Below are positions 9,297-17,951 of a stretch of DNA of 64,000 nt, one piece after another. Source of the DNA: an uncultured Acidobacteriota bacterium (GTDB taxonomy: Bacteria; Acidobacteriota; Terriglobia; Acidiferrales; UBA7541); contig CAVTTY010000013.1 in NCBI GenBank assembly GCA_963737765.1, forward strand, positions 12,219 through 76,218, in the 5' to 3' direction. The notes under the pieces were generated by a model. It saw only the letters and a list, made by a program, of their open reading frames with translations. It searched no databases and was not told the origin of the DNA. A program made the position numbers and the translations under genes. Every line of letters begins with the position of its first letter. Position 1 is the stretch's first letter.

Positions 9297-12172
9297 GTGA
9301 GAGTCCAACGAGAGAAAGGCATAGCCCTAATCACCGCTCTGCTGATTTTGGTGCTGGTGTCCGCGATTGTGGTGGGCATGAGCTGGATGGTGATGACCGA
9401 CCAGCGGCTGGGTGGCAACAACCAGAGCCGCGAGATAGCGTTCTACGGCGCGGAAGCGGGCATGGAACAGCTCACTTCGGACGTGGGCACCACTTTCTCG
9501 ACCAACGGAAAACTGACTCCGACGGACATTAATACGATCACGTCCACGCCTCCGGTGATCCCGGGACTGCAGTTCGTGAACGGGAGCGGAGCCTCGTCCT
9601 ATCAAATCACGTTCGTGCCGGACGCCTTCGGCAATCCTTCGGCGAGCAACGCCACGATTCTGCCGCCCAGCCCCTATGCCGGCATGCAGGGTTTGATCAC
9701 CCCGTTTACCTTGACGGTGTCGGCGCGCACGACCTCGACCGGCTCAGAAGTAAAACTGACGCGGCAAGTGCAAGTGGTAGCCATCCCGGTATTTCAATTC
9801 GGAATTTATTCGGATTCGGACGTGGCGTTCTTCAATGGACCTTCGTTTGGATTCGGCGGCCGGACGCACACCAATGGAAACTTGTGGCTGACTCCCAACC
9901 AGGGTCCGCTGTTCCTGGGAGACAAAGTCACCGCGACGGGAGAAGTCATCCGCACCAATCTGGAGAACGGTTCTCCGGTCACGGCCGCGGGCGCGGCCTA
10001 TGGCGGAAATGTTTCGATCGCGCTGTCGCCGGATCCGACGCTGGCCAATGAGCCGGGCGGCGCGCCGTACACGAATGGATCGTGGCGGGAATTAGCGTTC
10101 ACGGAAGGGAGTACCGCTCCGGGCAGCACCAGCGTTTACGGGAACATCAGCACGGCCGTAAACCCGGCGTGGGGCGGCACCACCACGGGAGTGGAAGGCG
10201 CGTACAACGGCCAACTGTCCAATCACGTGGCGCAATTGAAGCTGACCTCGACCGCGCTGAGCGGAATTCAAACGCCGATCTCGCTCATCCGGAGAGCGGT
10301 GCCCGGCGAGCTGGCGGCGAATCCCGCCGAATTTGCGCAGCAATATTTCTCGGAAGCTGGTCTGCGGATCATGCTGGACGATTACGGCCCGAGCGGCGGC
10401 TGCACCGATGCGGACATGATGGCGCTGGATACGGTTACGGGCACAGCGCCGATCGATTTGAAGACGCTGGCGTTTTCGACTAACGCGGCAGCTCCGGCCT
10501 GGTTGAGCGGCGCCAATAATTTGCCAGCGGGAAACAAATACCCCTTGCCAGTGCAAAATGGCGTAGCAGCGTATAGCTCTTTGACCGGCTACTGGCTGCT
10601 GGCGGGACAAGCGACGATTCAAGGTTGCATCAAGATCGAGACGCAAACGGTGGGAGGAGCCTGGACCGACGTGACCCAAACGATTTTGAATCTGGGATAC
10701 ACCGGACGGGATATCGCGCCGACGGGCGCGTACCTCGGTTCTAACGGAACTAGCAACATCACGTATCCGAACGCAACGGTCGTGGGTCAGCTACCGACTT
10801 TGCCATCCGGCAGCGCAGTAGGCTTCCCGGCGCAAGGTCCGGTCGTGGCGGGCAGCGCAGCCGGCGACGATTAGTCCGCTATGCACGGATCCGAGCCCGA
10901 ACGCGATCATTCGGCTGGCGCGGGTCAGGGACAATCCTTCCTGGGTTGGTCTGGGCACCGGCTGCGGAACCGGGACCGATTCCCGGCGCGCTGGGTGGTG
11001 GATATCTGGCGAGCGACTTCTGGCCGATGGCGTTGTACGACACGCGCGAAGGAATCTACCGGCAGAACGACATCAACCCCGCACCCGTTTACGGTTCCGG
11101 CGTGATGGGCTACGTCGAGCTAGACGCCCAAAATCTCGCCGCGTGGCTGCGGAACAATCAGACGGGGTTGAGCCTGAATAACATCGACACGGGTTTCACC
11201 GTCTATTTTTCCGATCGCCGCAGAGAACGGAAAGATCCTAACGCAGCTACGGTGCGCACGGGATCGTTCGGATACAACGATTTTGTGAACCCGGCCGATG
11301 TGGCCAACGGTTGCCCGGATGGAGCATTGAATCAAGGCGAAGATCTGGAAGGCGACGGGATACTGCGAGTCTACGGGGGCGTAGAAACAGCGCCGTCCAA
11401 CCCCCTTGGCTGGCATTTTGCCGGGATTGTGGAACGCCGGCGGTTATATGAACACGGTGATGACTCCACGGGCGGTCTGCGGCGTCAACCCCAACCGGCC
11501 GGACGTGCAATACACGAATACGCAGGACGCGCGGGTCAATGGCGTCCGTTGTTTTTCCGGCGCGCTTTGAAAATCGTGAATGGATCGGTGCTGAACCTGG
11601 GCACTTCGTGCGGCCCGGTGGCTTGCGGTTTGACCATCGCGGCGGAAAATCCGGTGTACGTGCAAGGCGACTACAATGGGCCGACCAACGGCGTGTTTAC
11701 CGGCGCGAACAGCATAGCCGCGGCGATCGCGGGCGATGCGGTGACGTTCCTGTCGAACAACTGGAACGACGCGAACTCGTTCACGTTCCCGCAGGACATT
11801 TCCGCTACTCACCGCAACGCGATGCCGACGGCCTACCGCGCGGCGATCATCGGCGGAAAGGGCATCCCCTTCCCGCAATTCGGCGGAACCCAGGACTTCG
11901 GAACCGACGGTGGGGTGCATAACTTCCTGCGGTTCATCGAGAACTGGGCGCATTGATGTGTCACTACGAAGGTTCGCTGGTGAGTTTCTACTACAACCGC
12001 CAGGCGGTCGGAACCTACAAGGGCGGCGGCGTATATGCTCCGCCGAGTCCCTCGCGACTATCACTTCGATTTGAGCTTCACGTTGGGTCCGGCGAATTTG
12101 CCGCCGCAAACGCCGAAGCTTAAGTCGGTGAATACGATTGGATTCTCGCAGGAAGTTTTGCCGAGCCAGTAG
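9297..12172 (+). CDS. Giant PilX-N-terminal-domain / GspK-like pilus tip protein (about 958 codons; at least 4 frameshifts after 10870)
   Basis: AAAGGAG SD and GTG at 9297. VRVQREKGIALITALLILVLVSAIVVGMSWMVMTDQRLGGNNQSREIAFYGAEAGME matches the PilX_N/GspK-type N-terminus. Coding continues through CTDPSPNAIIRLARVRDNPSW, the 10946..11956 frame and a last segment LHYEGSLVSFYYNRQAVGTYKGG...SQEVLPSQ* ending at TAG 12170-12172. One gene rather than two is an inference. Confidence 0.6.
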
Positions 12173-12195
12173 GCCGCGGCGAATTGACGGGTACG

Positions 12196-12231
12196 AAGGC
12201 CCCCGGGAATTTCCCGGGGGCCTTTTTTTTT
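12196..12231 (+). terminator. Rho-independent terminator between the convergent pilin and matrixin operons
   Basis: GGCCCCCGGG-AATT-CCCGGGGGCC is a perfect 10-bp GC stem followed by a 10-T run, 24 nt after the stop at 12172. Confidence 0.75.
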
Positions 12232-12254
12232 GCGCGACGACGGCCACGCGCAAG

Positions 12255-13502
12255 CTAGGGCGAAGCGGAAAAGATGCGGATGTTGAAGTTGGTGTTGACG
12301 CCGGGCGGGGCGCAGTTGGGCGGCGCGCTGCTGGAACATAGGCCGGCAAAGACGAAGCTGAAATCCGCGGGAGCCGCGAGGCCCACGAGCGGCTCGGCGT
12401 AGAGATTGTAGGAGCGATTGAGGGGCAGGCGCCCGAGATCGAAGGAACCGTCGAAACGTGTGGGCGGATGGGCCGCGTCGCAGCTCCAGCCGCCGAGAGT
12501 GGCGGCGACGACAGCGCCGGTGCTGGCGTCGACCGCTACGACCTGGGCGCCGACGATGCCGGTGACGGAGAAGCCGGGCGATGACGGCGCGAAAGTGGCG
12601 AGCGCGAACGAATTCGCGGGAAGGATCTGCCCGCGAATGGAACCGACGTTCACGGAATCATTGGGATCGGGGTAAAGGAAGCGCGCGCCGATGCGATCGT
12701 CGTCGGCGAGCGGGCCGTCGGGGATGGCGGCGGTGGGGCGATCGCCGATGAACTGGCCGGGCGGCGGCGCAAAGGGAAACATGATGGCGCGGAACACGCC
12801 GGAATGATCGAGGCCGAGCCAATGGCCGAGTTCGTGAGTAAGCAGCGATTCCAGATCGTAGGCGCCCCGCCCTTGCGGCGTAGCGAGCGCGGCCGGCGTG
12901 GCGTAAATCGCCTGGCCGTCGTTGCGGAACAAAGTGTCGGAGTCGAGAATTTGGCCGACGAATTGGGCGGGCGCGGAGCTGCCGGCCGTGGCGCCGACGG
13001 CGTTAGCGGTGATGGTGCGGGTGAAGGCCAGGACGCCGGCGGTGAATCCGCTGCTGGACTGGTTGAAGCAAATGGTGTTGAGGCCGTCGACATTATTTTC
13101 AGCGTCGTTGGAACAGGAATTCTGAGTGCCGACCCGGGCAAGCGGCGCGAGCAAGCCGGGATTCGCAGTGCTATTGAATGTGGTGCCGGCGACGCCGGAC
13201 CAGGCGCCGAAGGAATCGGAGATGGCGCTTTCGATTTCGTTGAGTTGAGCCGGAGTTCCGGGCGCAGCTACGGTGAGTATTGTGGGTTGGAGCAGCGACG
13301 GGAGGGAAGTGCTCCAACGGCGATTGAGTGGGGCGGAAAGCGCGAGATTGAAGTGATTGGGTTGAGGACAACCGCCGGCGGCGGGAACGGTGGAGTCGAA
13401 AGTGTAGAGGGCGGCGCGCATATTCTGCGGGCAGGCGAGTAAGAGCGCGGTGGCGACGATCGTGGCGATGCGGCGCTTCATTTGTTTCCTGGTGGCCGGC
13501 AA
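12255..13502 (-). CDS. Secreted matrixin-family (M10) zinc metalloprotease with C-terminal beta-sandwich-like domain
   Basis: Intact 415-aa ORF. Signal peptide, HELGHWLGLDHS zinc site (HExxHxxGxxH) and AIMFP Met-turn. The C-terminal GSIRGQILP...GAQVVAVDASTGAVVA resembles a carboxypeptidase-regulatory-like fold. Confidence 0.85.
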   Translation of the reverse strand: MPATRKQMKRRIATIVATALLLACPQNMRAALYTFDSTVPAAGGCPQPNHFNLALSAPLNRRWSTSLPSLLQPTILTVAAPGTPAQLNEIESAISDSFGAWSGVAGTTFNSTANPGLLAPLARVGTQNSCSNDAENNVDGLNTICFNQSSSGFTAGVLAFTRTITANAVGATAGSSAPAQFVGQILDSDTLFRNDGQAIYATPAALATPQGRGAYDLESLLTHELGHWLGLDHSGVFRAIMFPFAPPPGQFIGDRPTAAIPDGPLADDDRIGARFLYPDPNDSVNVGSIRGQILPANSFALATFAPSSPGFSVTGIVGAQVVAVDASTGAVVAATLGGWSCDAAHPPTRFDGSFDLGRLPLNRSYNLYAEPLVGLAAPADFSFVFAGLCSSSAPPNCAPPGVNTNFNIRIFSASP

Positions 13503-14068
13503 TTCGCGGCGGCGCAGCTGGCGGAATTGACGAGGGCATGAAGATCTTCGATTGCGATGTGGCGCAAACCTGAGGCCTGGAATTGATGAGTGGAAGGGTC
13601 GAAGGTATCGAACGACGCGGTGTCTTGTACTGCAATTTGCTGGTTGGTGCGGAGGTCGCGGCGAATGCGGAAAGTGCCCTGAATCCAGCTGACCACCGAA
13701 AAATCTTCAGGTGGCGTGAACTCGAGGAAGAGGATCACTTCTTCCCCGGGGATGAAGCGCGGAACGCCAGAAACGTTCGAGGTGAGATTACCGACGGTGC
13801 CGCCGAGCAGGCGCACCGTCAGATATTCGTTTGAGTTTGGATTTCTCGCGCCTTTCCAGGTTTCCTCCACGGCGAAGGACGTGAAGGTCCAAATTTCGCC
13901 GTGGTCCCAGGCGGTGGAATTCGTGACGCAACGCGCGCGAACCACGAGCGGCGCGGCGTGCGCCAGCTGCGCGACGGACATGCGAACCAAGGTGGTGGAG
14001 CGTGCGCCGGCACCGGCAAACAAGGTGGCCAGGGCCAGCAAAATCGATGGAATGATTTTATCGCGCAT
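13478..14068 (-). CDS. Secreted hypothetical protein (translationally overlapped with the matrixin gene)
   Basis: Intact 196-aa ORF with signal peptide MRDKIIPSILLALATLFAGAGA. Overlaps the matrixin start by 25 nt. I recognise no family. Confidence 0.6.
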   Translation of the reverse strand: MRDKIIPSILLALATLFAGAGARSTTLVRMSVAQLAHAAPLVVRARCVTNSTAWDHGEIWTFTSFAVEETWKGARNPNSNEYLTVRLLGGTVGNLTSNVSGVPRFIPGEEVILFLEFTPPEDFSVVSWIQGTFRIRRDLRTNQQIAVQDTASFDTFDPSTHQFQASGLRHIAIEDLHALVNSASCAAANCRPPGNK

Positions 14069-14083
14069 TTTCGTTTTTCTCCC

Positions 14084-16441
14084 TCATTTCACTTCGAGCA
14101 TTCCAGTAGCCACGGCCCGATCGTTGTTCAACGTGGTGATGAAGAGCGTGCGGACGCCCGGAAGAGTGGCGCTGGAAAGTTGCAGATCGAGTTCGATGGT
14201 GTTGGGAAACAGGCCGGTGATAGCGGAGGCGGTCACCGGCAGGTCGGTGCCGGCGGGCGCGCCGCCAGCGCCGGTGAAGGAATAGCTGAAGGTGGGATCG
14301 AGTCCGGTGCCGTGGATGCACAGGCTGGTCGTGATCGTTCCGGAAGCGGGGCGGGAGACGGTGACGGGCGAACCGGCGATTTCGCAATTGCCTTGAGTTA
14401 GTGGGCCGAGGGAATCGACATTGAGTGGCGCGGATTCGGCGGCGGTGGTGGGTTCGGGGACGAGCAGCGTGATGGGCGTAACGGATGGCTGGGCAGTAGT
14501 GAGTGAAATGGCGGCGACCGAAGTGTCGAGTGGCAGGATAACGAAAGGAACGGGGTTGGATAGCACACTGGTGCCAGCGAGATTTTTGATTTGGATAGTG
14601 AGGGTGCCGGGAGACTGGACGTCGGCAAGAGTGAGCGCGGTGGCGCAAGAAGTCGAGCCGGTGCAGGACGTGGCGCGGGGCGTGCCGTTAACCAAAATGG
14701 ACGACGCCGTTAGGGCCGTTCCGGTGACGAAATTCACACCTTGCACCGCGAGTGGAAAACCTTCGACCGCGCCGGCAAAAACGCTGGAGGGCAGCAGGAC
14801 TTCGATGACCGGGCCGCTGGTGACGGCGACGGTGGCCGCGGCGGATTTACTCGGGTCGGCGGTGCTCGTGGCGATGACCGCGATGGCGTTCGGTGCGGGT
14901 GCGCTGCTCGGCGCGGAATAAATTCCCGCGGCGGTGATCGAACCGCAGAAGGCGCCGGTGCAACCCTGGCCGGCGACGGCGCTTTGCACGGACCAGGTCA
15001 CGGCGGTGTTGGAGCTGCCCGTGACGTTCGCGAAAAATTGTTGGGTGACGGCGGCGCCGGCGGAAGGGCCGAGAAAAACGTAGAACGGCGAGACGGCCAC
15101 GGAGAGGTTGGTGGCCGCGCCGGCGACCGTGATGGTGGCACTGGCGCTGCGCGAGGAGTCGGCGGCGCTGGTGGCGGCGAGCCTAACCGTGGCCGGGGTG
15201 GGCACGGAGGATGGGGCAAGGTAATCGATATTTCCCGAGGACGAAATGGTGGGCGGTTGGCACGGACTGGTGCCTTGCTGGCAAACCTGGCCGACCGTTG
15301 TATTGCCATTGGAGACTCCGTTGACGGTCCAGGTTATTGCGGTGTTGGAGGTACCGGTGACGGTCGGTGAGAAGGCTTGGCGCTGATTGAGATTCAGGTT
15401 CGCGCTGGTAGGCGAAATACTGACGGCGATGTTGCTGATGATCGTCACGGTGGCCGACGCGGTCGCGGCGCCGGCGGTGGCGTGAATTGGAAACGAATGG
15501 GGTGACGGCAGATTCTGCGGCGCAGTGAAAGTGGCGGTGGTTGCGCTGGTTACCGCGATGGTGCCGAAAGTGGCGTTGCCGCCGGCGACGCCATTTACGT
15601 CCCAGATGATTTGCGCGTTTTGCGCGACGCACAGGGTTGCGCTGAAGGATTGGGTCTGGCCGAGTGCGATATTGGCGGACGATGGTGAAATGGAATTCGA
15701 GTTGGCGCAGGTAATGGTCACGGTGGCGGTCGCGGATTTGGTGGGATCGGCGGTGCTGGTCGCGGCGATGGTTACGGTGGGAGGCGAGGGGATTGCTGAT
15801 GGCGCGGTGTAGACGCCGGTATTGGGTCCGTTGGCGATGATGGTGCCGACGGTGGAATTGCCGCTGGCGACGCCGTTCACGGACCAGGTGACCGTCGTCG
15901 GCAAATTTCCGGCGCCGGTGACGGTGGCGGTGAAGACCTGCGCGCCGTTTGCAGGAACCGAGGCATTGCCGGGCGTGAGGCTAACCTGGAGAGTATCGGT
16001 GATGGTAACGATGGCTGAGGCGGAGGATTGCGGACTGGCCTGGCTGATGGCAGTGACGGTGACGCCGGACGGAGTGGGGAGACTTGCGGGCGCGGTGTAA
16101 AGGCCTGCGGATGAAATTGTGCCGGTGGATGAGGTTCCGCCGGGGACGTTGTTGACGTCCCAGGTGATGGCGGTGTTGGCGGCGCCGGTGACGCTGGCCT
16201 GGAATTGCTGGGTCTGTCCCAGAGCGACGCTGGCCGCCGGAGGGCTGATGAGGACTACGACTTCTATTACGGGTGGACTTCCGGTGTACCCGCAGCCACA
16301 GAGAACAAAGCTGACGACCGAAAGAAAGGTCGCGGTGCGCAATGCGCGGAGAATCGTGGCGACGGCGGGAGGCGGCGTGCGTGTTGTGGTCGTCGATCTC
16401 GATTTGCGAAAAGTATTCATTCGCAAACGATGAAGGCACAC
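14084..16441 (-). CDS. Lipoprotein with tandem bacterial Ig-like (Big_2-like) repeats and IPT/TIG-like C-terminal domains
   Basis: Intact 785-aa ORF (likely start MNTFRKSR at 16420). Lipobox-like LCGCG. Five repeats of about 95 aa share the pattern W.VNGV.GGN...G.I...G.YTAP...P.P..V...ATS.ADP.KSA.A.VTI, followed by two further beta-rich domains. Confidence 0.8.
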   Translation of the reverse strand: MCLHRLRMNTFRKSRSTTTTRTPPPAVATILRALRTATFLSVVSFVLCGCGYTGSPPVIEVVVLISPPAASVALGQTQQFQASVTGAANTAITWDVNNVPGGTSSTGTISSAGLYTAPASLPTPSGVTVTAISQASPQSSASAIVTITDTLQVSLTPGNASVPANGAQVFTATVTGAGNLPTTVTWSVNGVASGNSTVGTIIANGPNTGVYTAPSAIPSPPTVTIAATSTADPTKSATATVTITCANSNSISPSSANIALGQTQSFSATLCVAQNAQIIWDVNGVAGGNATFGTIAVTSATTATFTAPQNLPSPHSFPIHATAGAATASATVTIISNIAVSISPTSANLNLNQRQAFSPTVTGTSNTAITWTVNGVSNGNTTVGQVCQQGTSPCQPPTISSSGNIDYLAPSSVPTPATVRLAATSAADSSRSASATITVAGAATNLSVAVSPFYVFLGPSAGAAVTQQFFANVTGSSNTAVTWSVQSAVAGQGCTGAFCGSITAAGIYSAPSSAPAPNAIAVIATSTADPSKSAAATVAVTSGPVIEVLLPSSVFAGAVEGFPLAVQGVNFVTGTALTASSILVNGTPRATSCTGSTSCATALTLADVQSPGTLTIQIKNLAGTSVLSNPVPFVILPLDTSVAAISLTTAQPSVTPITLLVPEPTTAAESAPLNVDSLGPLTQGNCEIAGSPVTVSRPASGTITTSLCIHGTGLDPTFSYSFTGAGGAPAGTDLPVTASAITGLFPNTIELDLQLSSATLPGVRTLFITTLNNDRAVATGMLEVK
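14840..16250 (-). repeat. Intragenic tandem repeats of about 285 bp encoding the Ig-like modules
   Basis: Five consecutive protein-level repeats (approximately residues 65-535 of the 785-aa ORF). Boundaries are approximate. Confidence 0.55.
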
Positions 16442-16824
16442 GGTGTGCCAACGTGGCTCAGCGCGTTTACGGTCCCGTAGAAGGAACTGACTTTCGGCAA
16501 AGCTGCGTTTCGATAATAGATTCAGAAGGTTACGAGTACCGATTTGGCCATTTCTTTTCGGGAAAACTACGATGACCCAAAAAAGATGAGAGGAGTCAGT
16601 AGCATAAGTCTCGCAACGGAACTGTTTACCAGAGCGATTTCCACTTTGGAAATTGAAGAGCCCGGGCAGGCACCTGTGAACTCAGCAGAAGGGACGAACA
16701 ATAATTTGCGGTGCGCGATACGAAGGCTTGCGCAGGAAGCGCGCAAGATGTTCTTCATATGGATGACGAGGGTAATCGAGGATGACACGGATTTTTTGCT
16801 CGTCGCGATGTCGGCGTGCGGTGA

Positions 16825-17730
16825 TTAGTGTTTGCCGAGGATATCGATCAGGGCGGCTTCGAGATTTTCCTGGTGGTAGCGGTAGGATGCGGCTTGGAGT
16901 TTGGCGGGCTCGACGCGCTGGCTGGCGAGGAGCAGGGAATCGGACATTTCGCCCAGGGCGAGGCGCAGGGCGATGGCGGGAGCGGCGAAGAACGCAGGAC
17001 GCTGCAACACCCTCGCGAGCACGCGGGTAAAATCCGCGTTTTGTATGGGGCTGGGTGCGACGACGTTGTAGGCGCCGCTCCAGGACGGCACGTCGATCGC
17101 GCAACGAAGGATCGCGACGACATCTTGAAGAGTGATCCACGACATCCACTGTTTGCCGGAGCCCAGGCGGGCGCCGAGGCCGAGCCGGAATGGGGCGACC
17201 ATGGCGGGCAGTGCGCCGCCGTGGGGTGAGAGGATGACGCCGAAGCGGGCGATGACCGTGCGGATGCCAATCGAGTTGGCGCGGGTGGCTTCGGCTTCCC
17301 AGGCACGGCAGGTCATACCCAGAAAATCGTTGCCGTTGCCGCTGCCTTCCGTGAGGATTTCGTCGCCACGGCTGCCGTAATAGCCGACTCCCGAAGCGCA
17401 GATAAAAACAGACGGTTTTTTTTGCAGGTGAGCCAGCGCGTCGACCAGGACGCGGGTGGTGTCGACGCGGCTGTTGCGCAGGATCTGCTTGCGGGATTTG
17501 GTCCAGCGACCCTGGGCCAGGTTGGCGCCGCTGAGGTGCACGACCGCGTCGTAACCTTCCATGGCGGCAGTGTCGACGATGGCGCTGGTGGGAGTCCAGG
17601 CGACTTCGCCGGGTGACGTTGGTTCTTTCCTGCGGACCAGATGATTTACGATCGCGCCGTCGGCGCGCAACGCCGCCGTGAGCGCGGAACCGATCAGGCC
17701 GGTGCCACCCGAGATCAAGACCCGCGGCAT
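16825..17730 (-). CDS. yfcH: TIGR01777/YfcH-family NAD-dependent epimerase-like protein (SDR39U1, DUF1731 C-terminus)
   Basis: Intact 301-aa ORF. ISGGTGLIGSAL Rossmann motif and C-terminal LLLASQRVEPAKLQAASYRYHQENLEAAL, typical of YfcH. Confidence 0.85.
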   Translation of the reverse strand: MPRVLISGGTGLIGSALTAALRADGAIVNHLVRRKEPTSPGEVAWTPTSAIVDTAAMEGYDAVVHLSGANLAQGRWTKSRKQILRNSRVDTTRVLVDALAHLQKKPSVFICASGVGYYGSRGDEILTEGSGNGNDFLGMTCRAWEAEATRANSIGIRTVIARFGVILSPHGGALPAMVAPFRLGLGARLGSGKQWMSWITLQDVVAILRCAIDVPSWSGAYNVVAPSPIQNADFTRVLARVLQRPAFFAAPAIALRLALGEMSDSLLLASQRVEPAKLQAASYRYHQENLEAALIDILGKH

Positions 17731-17951
17731 TTTTTAGCTGGCTCCTAACATTTGTGGTATCGACATTTTATCTTAGAGACGCGGCGCATCCAGTGCAAGT
17801 TTCAAGCCAAGATTAGCCTGCAACTTTCGCCGCTGCGATGGGTTCGTGCGCATCATTCCGTATGAGCGAAGATAAAGTAACACGAGCGGAATGAACAGAA
17901 GGCTAACCGTGGTGAGTGGTATAGAATTTTCGTTCGTCGAAAAATCGCGGG

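Noticed and set aside
14840-16250. Repetitive DNA considered as a CRISPR-like or mobile repeat array
   Set aside because: The repeats are about 285-bp in-frame coding modules (Ig-like domains) with divergent sequence, not short identical repeats with spacers. I found no cas genes or transposases anywhere in the window.
16544-16828. 94-aa ORF in the spacer between the Ig-repeat gene and yfcH
   Set aside because: It has a TTG start without an SD, atypical A/T-ending codon usage and an overlap with the yfcH stop, and no family is recognisable. It is left as a finding only.
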